Positions 52,246 to 63,390 of a stretch of 63,390 bases of DNA are shown here, piece after piece; the first letter of the stretch is position 1, and the number at the start of each line of letters is the position of its first letter. The position numbers were made by a program, and so were the translations under genes. Under the pieces are notes generated by a model. That model did no database searches. It was not told where the DNA came from and worked only from the letters and a program-made list of their open reading frames with translations. The stretch lies in contig NW_021831831.1 in NCBI RefSeq assembly GCF_006345805.1, positions 1 through 63,390 on the forward strand, given 5' to 3'. Source of the DNA: Octopus sinensis. Lineage: Eukaryota.

Positions 52246-53270
52246 AAAAGAAAGAAAGAAAGAAAGAAGAAAGAAAGAAAGAAAAAAAGAAAGAAAGAAA
52301 TGCACTATATTTTCTCTTCCTGATTGGAGTATTAATATTTATTTTGGGCGACCACCTGCTCGGTGACAAGTTTGTAACGAAAATACACCCAAAAAATATG
52401 GTTCCTTCTTTTCGTCATCTTTTGCGCAACGATTTATTCTTTGAATTAATTTTAAGAAGCTCTTGCAGATTTGTATTGTGCCTGATAACGTGAGTATCTG
52501 TAACGTATGACTTATAGAACTATCTTATTTCTCTAAGCATTCAAGCCATATTTTGATCCAGGTATGGTTTGTACACACCCTGTTATTCCAATAATAATGG
52601 GCTAGAAAGCTGAAAGGGTATTTCGGGGACTGGATTTGTTGATTTTTCATAAATGGTCCACAGATGTATTCTTTCTCTAATATTTTTCTTGCCACATTGT
52701 TTGCACATGCGCAACTGACGTCCACAACAGAGAATGGTCTTTTGGCAGTGTGAGAGCAAGTAACAATGTCATATCTGCTGTGATATGACATTGTTTAATA
52801 TGTATAACACCTCTGCCTTGTTGTCCTGTTATGATGTTGTCTATGAGACAGGACTACATCAATGTTTTGAGTGTGGATGTATCAGGTCATTTTTTATTAT
52901 TGCTTCTGTTTGAAGATGTTATCTGTAAAGATGAGACCCTACTTGTAACCCAAAGTCAGAAATTCCTCATTTAATTTTAACCTCTCCATGTTATATTCGC
53001 CCAAGACACCAGGCCATTTCTTAGATTGTATCAGGTTAGAGATTTGGTGATAAAAGGTCTTTTACTGGAGATTATGTAAACTTGTACATGTCGATAGTTA
53101 AATATTTCGCAAACAGTTCTCCGCACTAATATCGATCACACAAATGATCGACAAATCGATCGTTGATCGGGTTATCAAGGATTGTGCTGCCTCTCGCTCT
53201 GAGCAGCAGCAAAAACATTCACAACGACCCAACAAGAAAGCTAACCTCCATTTGCCACTATTAAATCTGT

Positions 53271-53358
<88 letters not shown>

Positions 53359-53425
53359 AACACACACTCTCTCTCTCTTTTTCTTCTCCCTTTTCCTCCT
53401 CCACTCATTCTGTCTCTCTCACTCT

Positions 53426-53456
<31 letters not shown>

Positions 53457-53869
53457 GTTTCTTCTTTTTATTCAACTTTCTTTTACTTCCTCTTCAGCAT
53501 CATCTTCCACTGTCACAATCTATTTACTCTTTAGTCTCTTAATCTCTTTCTTCTTCATTTTTATCTATTTTTTTTCTCTTCCATATGTTGTTGGTGAATT
53601 TAGTGTTAGCGCGAAACATTCCAGAACATTCTCACGTAGAACACATCTCACCCCCGCCACCGCCGCCGCCTCCACCTCCACCCTGCCCGGCTTCACTCTT
53701 CATACCTTGAGAATAATTCCAAATGAAAAATTGTTGTATATATATTTTATCACTGGTGCCAAACCAAACGTTTTGCAGGAATCTAGCAAAAGAAGGTCAA
53801 TAAATTCCACATGGAAAATGAATGTTTACGTCGTCGATGAAACTGTTATCGCTCCATCACAAGCGACGA

Positions 53870-54000
53870 CAGCAGCAGCAGCAGCAACGGCAGCAGCAAC
53901 AGCAGCAACAACAACAACAGCAGCAGCAGCAACAACAACAACAGCAGCAGCAGCAGCGACTGTAAGAAACAAGTATCAGCAACACTGTCAGCAGCAACAA
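53870..54000. repeat. (CAG/CAA)n compound triplet tract
   Basis: Direct reading; no supporting exon context. Confidence 0.9.
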
Positions 54001-54405
54001 CGGAAACATGAAGAATAATAACGCGACGAGAGAGCCTCTATGTGGTCGATCGCTCAGCTAAAAGCAGCAGCTAAATATCCTTTAAATCTCTCTTTATGTC
54101 GGTGTAAATATGCGTCAAACTCGTTTTTCAAAATTAATAACATTTGGGGGTCGTTGTTTCACAAAATGCCATGGCATTTTGAATGCGCCCTTAAAAGATT
54201 ATGATCACTTAGAGGAGTTTTTCGGAATTCTTAACCGTGGTCTCTAAGTCTCAAGTTACGGCTTTAAAATAAAAGATGGAATATATATAAGTACACAGGT
54301 TGGTCGTGGTTGGAAATCATTTGATCATAGATCTGTTTGATGACTTCTAATCTGGAGCTAACCCACAGTTACAACATCATTATCATCAACATGATCAACA
54401 GCAGT

Positions 54406-54756
54406 GGAGGCGCAATGGCCCAATGGTTAGGGCAGCAGACTCGCGGTCGGAGGATCGCGGTTTCGATTCCCAGACCGGGCGTTGTGTGTGTTTTTTGAGC
54501 GAAAACACCTAAAGCTCCACGAGGCTCTGGCAGGGGGTGGTGACGACCCCTGCTGTACTCTTTCGCCCCAACTTTCTCTCACTCTTTCTTCCTGTTTCTT
54601 GTCCCCGACTTCCTATGCAACCGCTGAGCCTGGATGTGCATTCATCCATCCGTCGATGCTCTCGGTGTCGGGGGTTGACCTGCTTTCTCTTCTGCGGGTC
54701 TTACGAATAGCAAAGGACCCCGTTTCGGACTTCTCCCACTGGACGAAGACCGTTAC
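54406..54756 (+). mobile_element. Family C SINE with tail C
   Basis: Same head/core as 34173; different tail (cctatgcaaccgctgagcctggatgtgcattcatcc...gaagaccgttacg). Confidence 0.88.
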
Positions 54757-55048
54757 GTTCAACAGCAACAGCAACCCCATCAACAGCAAGACCACGAACA
54801 TCAGTGTCAAAGAGGAAACTAATGACAGTGACTACACCTACAACGGAAACATCAAAAGCAACCACAACAGTAATAACTGCTAATTAGATTACAGTAACAA
54901 CAAAAGTAGAAATACGAGAAGTAACAGCACAACAGCAACAGCTGTAGGAGCGCTTAGAATCCACTGTCTTGTGACGCCGTGTGTTACTTAGAAGATCGAA
55001 CTAGTGATACAAAGAAGGCCAGATCTTTAACAATATCACAATGTAGGT

Positions 55049-55249
55049 AAGGCGGTGAGCAGGCAGAAACGTAAGCACGTTTAACAGTATTTCGTCTGTC
55101 TTTACGTTCTGAGTTCAAATTCCGCCGAGGTCGACTTTGCCTTTCATTCTTTCGGAATCGATAAATTAAGTACCAGTTGCGTACTGGGGTCGATCTAATC
55201 GACTGACTCCCTCCCCAAAATTTCAGGCCTAGTGCCTAGAGTAGAAAAG
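55049..55249 (+). mobile_element. Family A SINE, tail 1, 17 bp TSD
   Basis: TSD aatatcacaatgtaggt at 55032-55048 and 55250-55266. Confidence 0.93.
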
Positions 55250-55391
55250 AATATCACAATGTAGGTGTCTACATTTACGGACTTACATTCGGCGATGACC
55301 CGAAAGACTCCAATAAGCTAAACTTCTGCAGGAACAAGTTTCGTATTGTTGTTGACTTGTTGACCCCCATCGGTCACGATACTGACCATGG

Positions 55392-55635
55392 GATTGCACC
55401 TAGAAAGTTACCCTCCTAGTCACAAGTCTGGGCAAGGTGGTTTATGGAAGACCAGCAGTCGCCCATGCATGCTGGCCTCCCCTCTACACGCCACCAGTGT
55501 TATCCAAGGGAAAGGCAACGGCCGATACAGCTTGGCACCTGTGACGTCGCAACTCATTTCTACAGCTGAGTGAACTGGAGCAACGTGAAATAAAGTGTCT
55601 TGCTCAAGAACACAACACGCAACCCGGTCTGGGAT
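55392..55635 (-). mobile_element. Family E SINE (tail + core, head truncated)
   Basis: Core gctgagtgaactggagcaacgtgaaataaagtgtcttgctcaagaacacaac; reverse B-box remnant gggattcg. Confidence 0.8.
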
Positions 55636-55961
55636 TCGTATTGTAACAACAAGATTATTAACATCAGCAGAGCCTGATAATGTTGATATGCGCAAATCAT
55701 CATATTAGGGTAATCAGATTAAATCATCATCAATCAACTGCTAATTATTTATCGACTCTAGTTAGATGAGGGATAGAATCAACATCGGTGATATGTAAAC
55801 TCTGTTTCCAGAGCCCCACGGTCGCACTTCCGGAAATATTCCGAGGAGAAAGCAAACGAAATAACTCGTTCTGGATACCATCAGGATCAGGGCCCAAGGA
55901 AACCGAAAAACCAAGGAGTTTCCTCCTTCGGCACAGAACTGGTTAGAGTTTATAAGCTGCA

Positions 55962-56168
55962 ATACTTATTTCTTTACTGCCCACAAGGAGCTAAACACAG
56001 AGAGGACAAACAAGGACAGACAAACGGATTAGGTCGATTACATCGACCCCAGTGCGTAACTGGTACTTCTTTAATCGACCCTCGAAAGAATGAAAGGCAT
56101 AGTCGACCTCGGTGGAATTGGAACTCAGGACGTAGCGGCAGACGAAATACAGCTAAGCATTTCGCCCG
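55962..56168 (-). mobile_element. Family A SINE, tail 2; 5' head overrun by a (GGC)(GGT)(GGA) microsatellite
   Basis: SINE sequence continues to gcatttcgcccggc, then switches to ggcggcggc..ggtggt..ggagga (56169-56335). Confidence 0.88.
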
Positions 56169-57014
56169 GCGGCGGCGGCGGCTGTGGTGGTGGTGGTGGT
56201 GGTGGTGGTGGTGGTGGAGGAGGAAGAGGTGAAGGAAGGGAAGAGGAGAGGAGAGGAGAGGAGGAGGAAAAGGAAGGGGAGAGGAAGAGGAAGAGGAGGA
56301 AGAGGAGGAGGAGGAGGAGGAGGAGGAGAGGAGGGTAGGAGGATACCTGAAAATGTATATGGGCTAGCCACAGCTGGAAAGTCTTTGATCATAGATTTGA
56401 ACGATCAGTTCTGACCTGCGATTAGATAACAACTACATCTGTCTGAAACAACGGTTAAAAACTACAATAACATCAACAGCTGAAACAGACGCAACAACAA
56501 CAACAACAATAATAATAAAGAGAACCATTCAAACTCATGTCGGCTTCTAAATATAGGATTTCCTTCGAGTACAAATGTGTGTGGCGTGTATATATATATA
56601 TGTATCTGGGTGGATCTTGAGGCAGTGCTCCAGTATGGTCGCGTTTATACTGGAGCATTGAAACCGGTAAAAGAATAAAGGAATAAAATATGTATTTACG
56701 CGTACGTGTACGCGTTTGTGTTTCTGTGTTTATGTCTGTGTGTCTATACATTTGTATAAATATGGAGGTATATATATCCGAGACTGTGTATATATATATA
56801 AATATACATGTAATCGTATGTGTCTGGAAAATAGATGAATAAGCGATGTGCACATGGACATGTGTTGGTGTGTGCACGCACGCGCGCGCGTGTGTGTGTG
56901 TGTGTGTGCGTATATATAAGGGTTGTGTGCGTGTGTGTACTGTGTGTGTATATGTATGTATGCATGTATGCAAGTATGTGTGTATGCGTGCGATGTTGTG
57001 CCACCTTCTTCACG

Positions 57015-57078
<64 letters not shown>

Positions 57079-57188
57079 TGTATGTATGTATGTGTATATG
57101 TATGTAAGTATGTATGTATGTATGTACGTACGTATTTATGTATGTATATATGTGTGTGTGTGTGTCTGTGTGTATGTATATATATATG

Positions 57189-57347
<159 letters not shown>

Positions 57348-57899
57348 ATATATATATATATATATATATGCATTATATCCTTGAGTATATGCCTGTCTGC
57401 GTGCATGTGTGGGCATATGTGCAAATATATACATATGGATACGTTTGCAAGAATGTGTGTATGTGTGTGTGTTTGGAGACCTTTACGAATTCCTCCTTAA
57501 AGCCTCTGGGAGGTGTGGTTGATAGGATAATCAACAGTTAACATATGTCTCTCGACTTGTAGCCCTTTGCTGGAGTCTGACACACCCTTGCCAGTGTCAA
57601 TGTTGGGATTCCAACGGAGAGTTTAATGTTATCGCAGGTGTTAAACCTACCGGAAGATGCCCGCTCATAAAAATGTCCAAAAAAGCCTTCGACAGCGCTT
57701 CAATCATAACACAGTAGGGATCCATAATTTTGCTAGATAGAGCAGGGCAGGGCAATTTTCACTCGGTTTCTTTGTTTGTCCTTCGGCGTGCGCATGCGTG
57801 TGTCTGAGGATTTGCTTTTGTGACTTGCTTCTTCTTTTCCTTTTTCTTCACCGTTTCCTTCTTTTTCCTTTTTCTATTTTGGTTTATCTTTTAAAATTC

Positions 57900-58335
57900 A
57901 AATTTTCTTTTTATCTCTTCTCTTTCTCCTCTTTCCCCTTCTCTCTCACTCTCCCTCCCTCTACCTCTCCTCTTCTTTTTCTCTCTAACTCTTTTCCCTC
58001 ACACTCACTCTCACGTCCTTCTTTCTCTCTCTACCTCTCTCTTCCTCTTTCGCTTTTACTCTCTCTCTCTCTCTCTCACTCTCTCCTTCTTTCTCACACT
58101 CTCTCCTCCTCTCTCTCTCTCTTTCTCTCTCCATTCCTTTTCCTCTTTCTCATATTCTCTCTTGCTTTCTCTTCTTCCTGTCACTCTTTCTCCTTTTCTT
58201 CTCTTTCTTTTCTCTCTTTCTCTTTGACTTTCAAAAATTCACATGCTCTCTCTCTTCTCTCTCCTCCCTCTCTCTCCTCCTTCTTACCTTCTTCCTCTCT
58301 CTTCTCTCTCCTCCCTCTCTCTCTCTCTCTCTGGT
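57900..58335. repeat. ~430 bp CT-rich polypyrimidine low-complexity tract
   Basis: Direct reading. Confidence 0.9.
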
Positions 58336-58769
58336 GGTGCTGGTGGTGGTTTTGTGTCCTCCTCCTCTCCGCCTTACCCTTCCCCATTGTGTTTTGCTGG
58401 TTTATTCCTGTTGTTCATTAGGAATTATTTCCATTTTCTCTGATGGATAAATAAACTGTCGCCTGTTGTTGCTGTTGGCGGTGTTTATTATGACTGTAGC
58501 AGTATTGAGGACAAAGATGTGATAGAACAGCTTGGGACGTAGAGAAAGACAGAGAAAGAGAGACAGAGACAGACAGACACACACACACACACATACACAG
58601 GTGGTGGGGACCAGATTTTGAGCTATTTTTAGAGAAGTTTGCTTTTATCTCAAGAATTTATTATTACATAATTATATATTTTTCAATTTCAAACAGCGGA
58701 GAAAAACAATTTAAACAATAATTGACTATGCAAAAGAGATTTTATTTATTAAACGGAACATTAATTAAT

Positions 58770-58912
58770 TAATAATGATTTCAAATTTTGGTACAAGGGC
58801 AGCAATTTCGGGGATGTAAGTCGATTACATCGACCCCACTCGACCCCACTGTTCAATTGGGCCTTATTTTATCGACCTCGAAAGAATGAAAGGTAAAGTC
58901 AACCCCGACGCA
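58770..58912 (-). mobile_element. Family A SINE 3' part
   Basis: ggtacaagggcagcaatt...gtcgattacatcgacccc...gaaagaatgaaaggtaaagtcaacc. Confidence 0.75.
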
Positions 58913-58921
58913 AATTGATCC

Positions 58922-59099
58922 AAGACGAGCTGTGAAAAATCCTGTCAAACAAAGGGCAACCACGCCTGCTCACCGTCAAGGAAGCGCTGGAGATGTCGCA
59001 ACCTTAGCGCATGTCTGCGCATCAGCAGCCACTGCATGTCCAGCCATCTCTTCAGCGGGTGTTGACAGCAAATGAAGCGCCTGACCAGTGAAGCGTCCC
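58922..59099 (-). mobile_element. L1/Tx1 LINE fragment (same family as 37455-38504)
   Basis: Minus strand WLLMRRHALRLRHLQRFLDGEQAW aligns with 37660-37740. Confidence 0.8.
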
Positions 59100-59570
59100 T
59101 TCTTCTTCTTCTTCTTCTTCTTCTTCTTCTTCTTCTTCTTCTTTCTTCTTCTTCTTCTTCTTCTTCTTCTTCTTTTCAGCTTCTTCTTCTCCTTCTTGCT
59201 GCTGCTGCTGCTGCCGTTACTTCTTCTCTCCATGTTTGCTAGCTCAACCGAAAAGAGTGATTGCGAATGCCAATTTCGCCTTCAAAACTACTTCCCACTA
59301 TCCTCTCTTCTCCGTTTAGTGGAGAAGACTCCGCCATATTGAATTTCTTAAACAGTATTTCAAAAGAAAAACTTTCTTTTCGAAATTTCGACCATTTGAG
59401 CAGCTAACAATAACTTTTGATCAGACGTTTAGGGTCTGCTCAAAATACGACACACCAAATCGCAAAAACAAAATAATAAAATGAAACAAAAATAGATATA
59501 TAACAATGAAAGCAAGTCAATAACTAACAGAGCGCTCGCGATGAGTCTGGCCCTGGCGATAAACAACAAC

Positions 59571-59642
<72 letters not shown>

Positions 59643-59655
59643 CATTATTATTATT

Positions 59656-59912
59656 GAGTGAGAGAGTAGTGAATACCATCAAAGTGACATAGGGTGCAAA
59701 TATACGAAGCCCAATATCCATCATGACTACCTGTCTGATAAGGGTACACCAGGCACATGCATCACAACCATATGTGCGTGACATGGTGATCCCACATCAA
59801 GATAAACGGCGCATGACCTTGCATGCTGGAACTTTAGAACGGTTAGAACTTTCTTCAAGTTGTGTAGCTTATCCTATCCAAAAGGTCCCTGAATAAGGTT
59901 TGTTTTGAGGAT
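59656..59912 (-). mobile_element. 3' half of the ~550 bp element, fused to a LINE fragment
   Basis: Collinear with 60446-60690; (ATT)n 59571-59655 on its tail side; joined to R4 sequence at a gaggat microhomology. Confidence 0.88.
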
Positions 59913-60415
59913 TTTGCAGTTCTCATGTTCGGTAACTCCTTCTGGGGTTTGTTCATACCACGTTTTAGCTCTTTGTAGACCGTAATTTCCACCGAGCTCC
60001 GAATGGATCATTCTTGTCACATTGTCATGGTGTAGTTTGTATTCGCGTTGTGCCAATTTCGGGCATTCGCTAACGATGTGCCATACCGTTTCACTCTTCT
60101 CACCACACATTCTGCATTTGCCGCTATCGGTAGTGTTGTCGATTCTGCACTTCATATAATTGGTCCTTAATGCTTGTTCCTGAGCTGCGCATATGAGTGC
60201 CTCTGTCTCTAACTTCAGGTCACTCCTCTTCATCCATAGTCACTGGGCCTCTGCATCTGTCTTGGCGTTCACATCTCTTGCAAACTGACTGAACATTTTC
60301 TTTTTTCTTTTTCCATGCTTTCTTTTTTCTGTTTAAATCTTGTTTAAATTTTTCCTTAATTATATAATTTTCAGTTTTGATAGCGCCGGCTTTCTTCACG
60401 TGTTTCAACTGTAGC
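59907..60415 (-). mobile_element. R4/Dong-clade LINE fragment (CCHC zinc knuckle to start of RLE)
   Basis: KMFSQFARDV..KTDAEAQ*LWMKRSDLKLETEALICAAQEQALRTNYMKCRIDNTTDSGKCRMCGEKSETVWHIVSECPKLAQREYKLHHDNV...WYEQTPEGVTEHENCKIL: CR.C...ET..HI.S.C motif typical of the R4 clade. Confidence 0.9.
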
Positions 60416-60445
60416 CCCATTATTATTATTATTATTATTATTATT

Positions 60446-60992
60446 GAGTGAGAGAGCAGTGCATGCCATCAAAGTGACACTGGGGTAAAATATACGAAGC
60501 CCAATATACCCATCATGACTACCCGTCTGATAAAGGTACACCAGGCACATGCATCACAACCATATGTGTGCGACATGGTGATCTCATATCAAATAAACAG
60601 CACATGACCTTGCAGGTGGGCCCAGTTAGAATTTTTTCAGGTTGAGTAGCCCATCCGCTCAAACGGTCCCTGAATAAAGGTTGTTAAGGATGTTGAAAGA
60701 ACCATCCATGTTTCCAGAGGTGAATTATTCAAACCCAAAGATCCTTCTCAACACATGGCCATGATGCTCCCCCGCTACTTCTGCTCGTGATCAGAGATGC
60801 ACATATCGTCAGCCACTAAGGGACATGCTCAACTGGTTAAGGTCAAACAACTGAAGCAAATCTGTGGTATTGAGCAGAATATTTGCTGTAGCCCATCTTT
60901 TATACCAAGACAAAAACATGTACATGATAACACTTCCAATCAGTTAAGATCAGAAGCCACGAGAGCCACTGCCTGGTACTGCATCAGGGCAT
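60446..60992 (-). mobile_element. ~550 bp (AAT)n-associated element, full length
   Basis: Tail into (ATT)n 60420-60445; 5' end (minus) atgccctgatgcagtaccaggcagtggctctc. Confidence 0.93.
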
Positions 60993-61600
60993 TGGTACTG
61001 CATCAGGGCATTGGGATGCATAGGCATAGGTACTGCATCAGGGCATTGGTACTGCATCAGGGCATTAACTGCATCAGGCATTGGTACTGCATCAGGGCAA
61101 TTGGTACTGAAGGGCATTGGTAATGCATCAGGGCATTTTACTGATCAGGGCATTGGTACTGCATCAGGGCATTGGTATGCATCAGGGCATAGGTATGCAT
61201 CAGGGCATTGGTATGCATCAGGGCATATACTGCATCAGGGCATTGGTATTGCATAGGAATTGGTACTGCATCAGGGCATTTGGTTACTGAATCAGGCATT
61301 GGTACTGCATCAGGGCATAGGTTACTGCATCAGGGCATTGGTACTGCATCAGGGCATTTACTGCACCAGGGAATTGGTACTGCATCAGGGCATTGGTACT
61401 GCATCAGGCATTGGTACTGCATCAGGGCATTATACTGCATCAGGGCATTGGTACTGCATCAGGGCATTGGTACTGCATCAGGGCATTGGTACTGCATCAG
61501 GGCATTTATACTGCATCAGGGCATTGGTACTGCATCAGGGCATTGGTACTGCATCAGGGCATTGGTACTGCATCAGGGCATTGGTACTGCATCAGGGCAT
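60974..61600. repeat. 19 bp minisatellite (tggtactgcatcagggcat, ~33 units) derived from the element's 5' terminus
   Basis: Unit equals the terminal 19 nt of the 60446-60992 element; variant units interspersed. Confidence 0.95.
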
Positions 61601-61612
61601 TGGACATCAAAG

Positions 61613-61740
61613 TGGCATTGAGCAGAATATTTGCTGTAGCCCATCTTTTATACCAAGACAAAACAATGTACATGATAACACTTCCAATCAGTTAAAATCA
61701 GAAGCAATGAGAGCCACTGCCTGGTACTGCATCAAGGCAT
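61613..61740 (-). mobile_element. Second 5'-end copy (first ~128 nt) of the ~550 bp element, flanked by (ATT)n 61743-61806
   Basis: Duplicates about 60865-60992 with several substitutions. Confidence 0.9.
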
Positions 61741-61741
61741 A

Positions 61742-61789
<48 letters not shown>

Positions 61790-62486
61790 TTATTATTATT
61801 ATTATTACAACCTTGCAAATGTACTATTATCATTAAGAAATTATGATTGGGATATGGGGCTGTAGCTGACATTGTTGCTACTGCTAATGTTGTTGTTGTT
61901 GTTGCTATTGCTCAATCAACACTGATCCAACAGACCTGTAATCAGACACTTTTTATCCGTGACCATCCCATGCAGACAACCCAAGAGATTACATTCTCTT
62001 ACATGTCCTGTCCTTAAATGATAAAAATGCGAACTGAACAAAAAAAACAAAAAACAATCGGCTGCTATTTCTAACCGGTCGAGCAACAACATTAAAGGTT
62101 CCTTGTCATGTGATACGCTGCACTATAACAGAGATTTTTGGTAAACACCAAAAAAAAACGGTTTTATTATGACAACACAGTAAACCCCAGAGTGCATTGC
62201 TCTCTCATATATTCCTGCTACGATTTAGTATTTTTAAACTACAATTCCAAAACAATTCTTACAGCGTAGTTTGGTATTAATAGAACTAAACTTTAGAAAC
62301 GTCACTAACCTCAGTCAATATACATAAACATTGCTTTGTGTCAAATTCTAGATTAATAATTCTGGGCGTTCGTTTATTCGTTTATTCTTTTATTCCTTTG
62401 TTATTTTGACTGTTTAAGCGTTTGAATCTGTGGCCGTGCTGTGGCACCGCCGTCTTGAGGGATTTATTCGATTTAATCTACTATAT

Positions 62487-62772
62487 CAATGGTTCCCAAA
62501 ATGGGTGGTATTATCCTCCTGGGGGCAGTGGAAAGTTCCAAGGGGGCGTTAAAGACAAGTTTGCTCGATAATGGGGGTAGCGATTCGTGTAGAAACAACA
62601 AAATAATGGGTTCGTTAGGTTAAGCCTTATTTGTGAAATACGGTTGCTTTGAATTTACTTCAGAAAGAGGTCTATGCTTGTAATGGTTAGTTGGGGGTGG
62701 GAGCACTAGGAATGTGGCCTGGGTGTCAAGGGGACCTGCGGGCAGCAGTCCGGAAAAGTTTGGGAACCACGG
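62487..62772. mobile_element. hAT (Charlie-type) MITE, 286 bp
   Basis: TIRs caatggttcccaaa / tttgggaaccacgg; 8 bp flanks tactatat / tgctaaat (6/8) consistent with a decayed 8 bp TSD. Confidence 0.75.
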
Positions 62773-63052
62773 TGCTAAATCAACCAACATTCATTTTTTC
62801 TATTAAGTTTGGTACTTATTCTATTACATGTGTACGTATGTAAGTGTGTGCAAGCGCGTTTGATGGTGTAAACAGCGGAATAAAGCTCAAAACATGAGTA
62901 TATAAAGTTTCTTTATATAAATATATAAATATGTACACACACACAGACACACATATATATTACTCAATGAAATTCCAACTTAGTTTGATTTTCACGTTTT
63001 ATTATTTGCAATTTTACAAATTTATAATTTTACAAATCTACAATGTTGAAAT

Positions 63053-63091
63053 ATACTAGTACTTTCATGCGTTACGCAATCATCAGGTTAT
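63053..63091 (-). ncRNA. Minimal type I hammerhead motif (PLE-type, palindromic stem III)
   Basis: Minus strand ataac-CTGATGA-t-TGCG-taa-CGCA-t-GAAAGTACT-A-gtat: intact core; stem III palindrome AGTACT; CUA triplet; U.U at the 10.1/11.1 position; AATAAA ~50 nt downstream; lies between TA tracts. Confidence 0.6.
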
Positions 63092-63118
63092 GAACTGGCA
63101 ATCGTTCTTCCACCAATT

Positions 63119-63213
<95 letters not shown>

Positions 63214-63390
63214 TGCATGTATGCATGTATGTATGTATGTATGTATGTATGTATGATGTATGTATGTATGTATGCATGTGCATGTATAAATAATATGGGT
63301 GACTAATTCGCAATTTGCAACCTAAAGGCAGATATAATACGTCGCTAAAATGACAAAGGACACTTATCAGCACCAGTATTGCCTAGAAAT

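Noticed and set aside
52525-52860. Cys-containing minus-strand peptide (HCQKT..MCKQCGK) as a zinc finger or LINE remnant
   Set aside because: The spacing fits no zinc-finger family I can identify.
53870-54018. PolyQ/A/T exon of a transcription factor
   Set aside because: Flanking translation is not protein-like; the tract sits among retroposon tails.
60960-60992. HDV-like ribozyme at the 5' end of the ~550 bp element
   Set aside because: Only a small gcc.tg/caggc hairpin is visible; there is no room for P3-L3 and no clear P1.1.
60974-61742. ORFs with GIGTASGHWYCIRALVLHQ repeats as a repetitive protein
   Set aside because: They are by-products of the 19 bp non-coding minisatellite, open in several frames.

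Overview
Eukaryotic, extremely microsatellite-rich DNA, intergenic or deep-intronic. The repeat families look like those of octopod cephalopods; this is an inference from recalled SINE sequences, not a database hit. I found no supportable host protein-coding exon. Almost all listed ORFs are translations of (TA)n/(TG)n/(TATG)n/(GATA)n/triplet arrays. The real content is a layered mobile-element landscape: (1) many tRNA-derived SINEs of several families with swapped heads, cores and tails, some with clear TSDs; (2) decayed LINEs: three R4/Dong-type fragments, two L1/Tx1 fragments, RTE fragments and a Penelope-like GIY-YIG remnant; (3) DNA transposons: an internally deleted Tc1/IS630-type element with long TIRs, a pogo/Tc1-type MITE, a hAT MITE and a TTAA-ended MITE; (4) an intron-containing tRNA-Leu(CAA) pseudogene; (5) several minisatellites. 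Two systems stand out. (A) Type I hammerhead ribozyme motifs (4905-4966, 8833-8901, 63053-63091) sit in small units embedded in (TA)n arrays. The units at 4.2-9.1 kb share a 3' hairpin, and one lies next to the Penelope-type endonuclease remnant, giving a retrozyme-like/PLE-dependent family. (B) A ~550 bp non-tRNA element with a fixed 5' end and an (AAT)n tail is mostly flanked by (TAA)n arrays and lies just upstream of an R4/Dong fragment at all three loci. At one locus its 5'-terminal 19-mer is amplified about 33 times. All identities and structures were worked out by eye.
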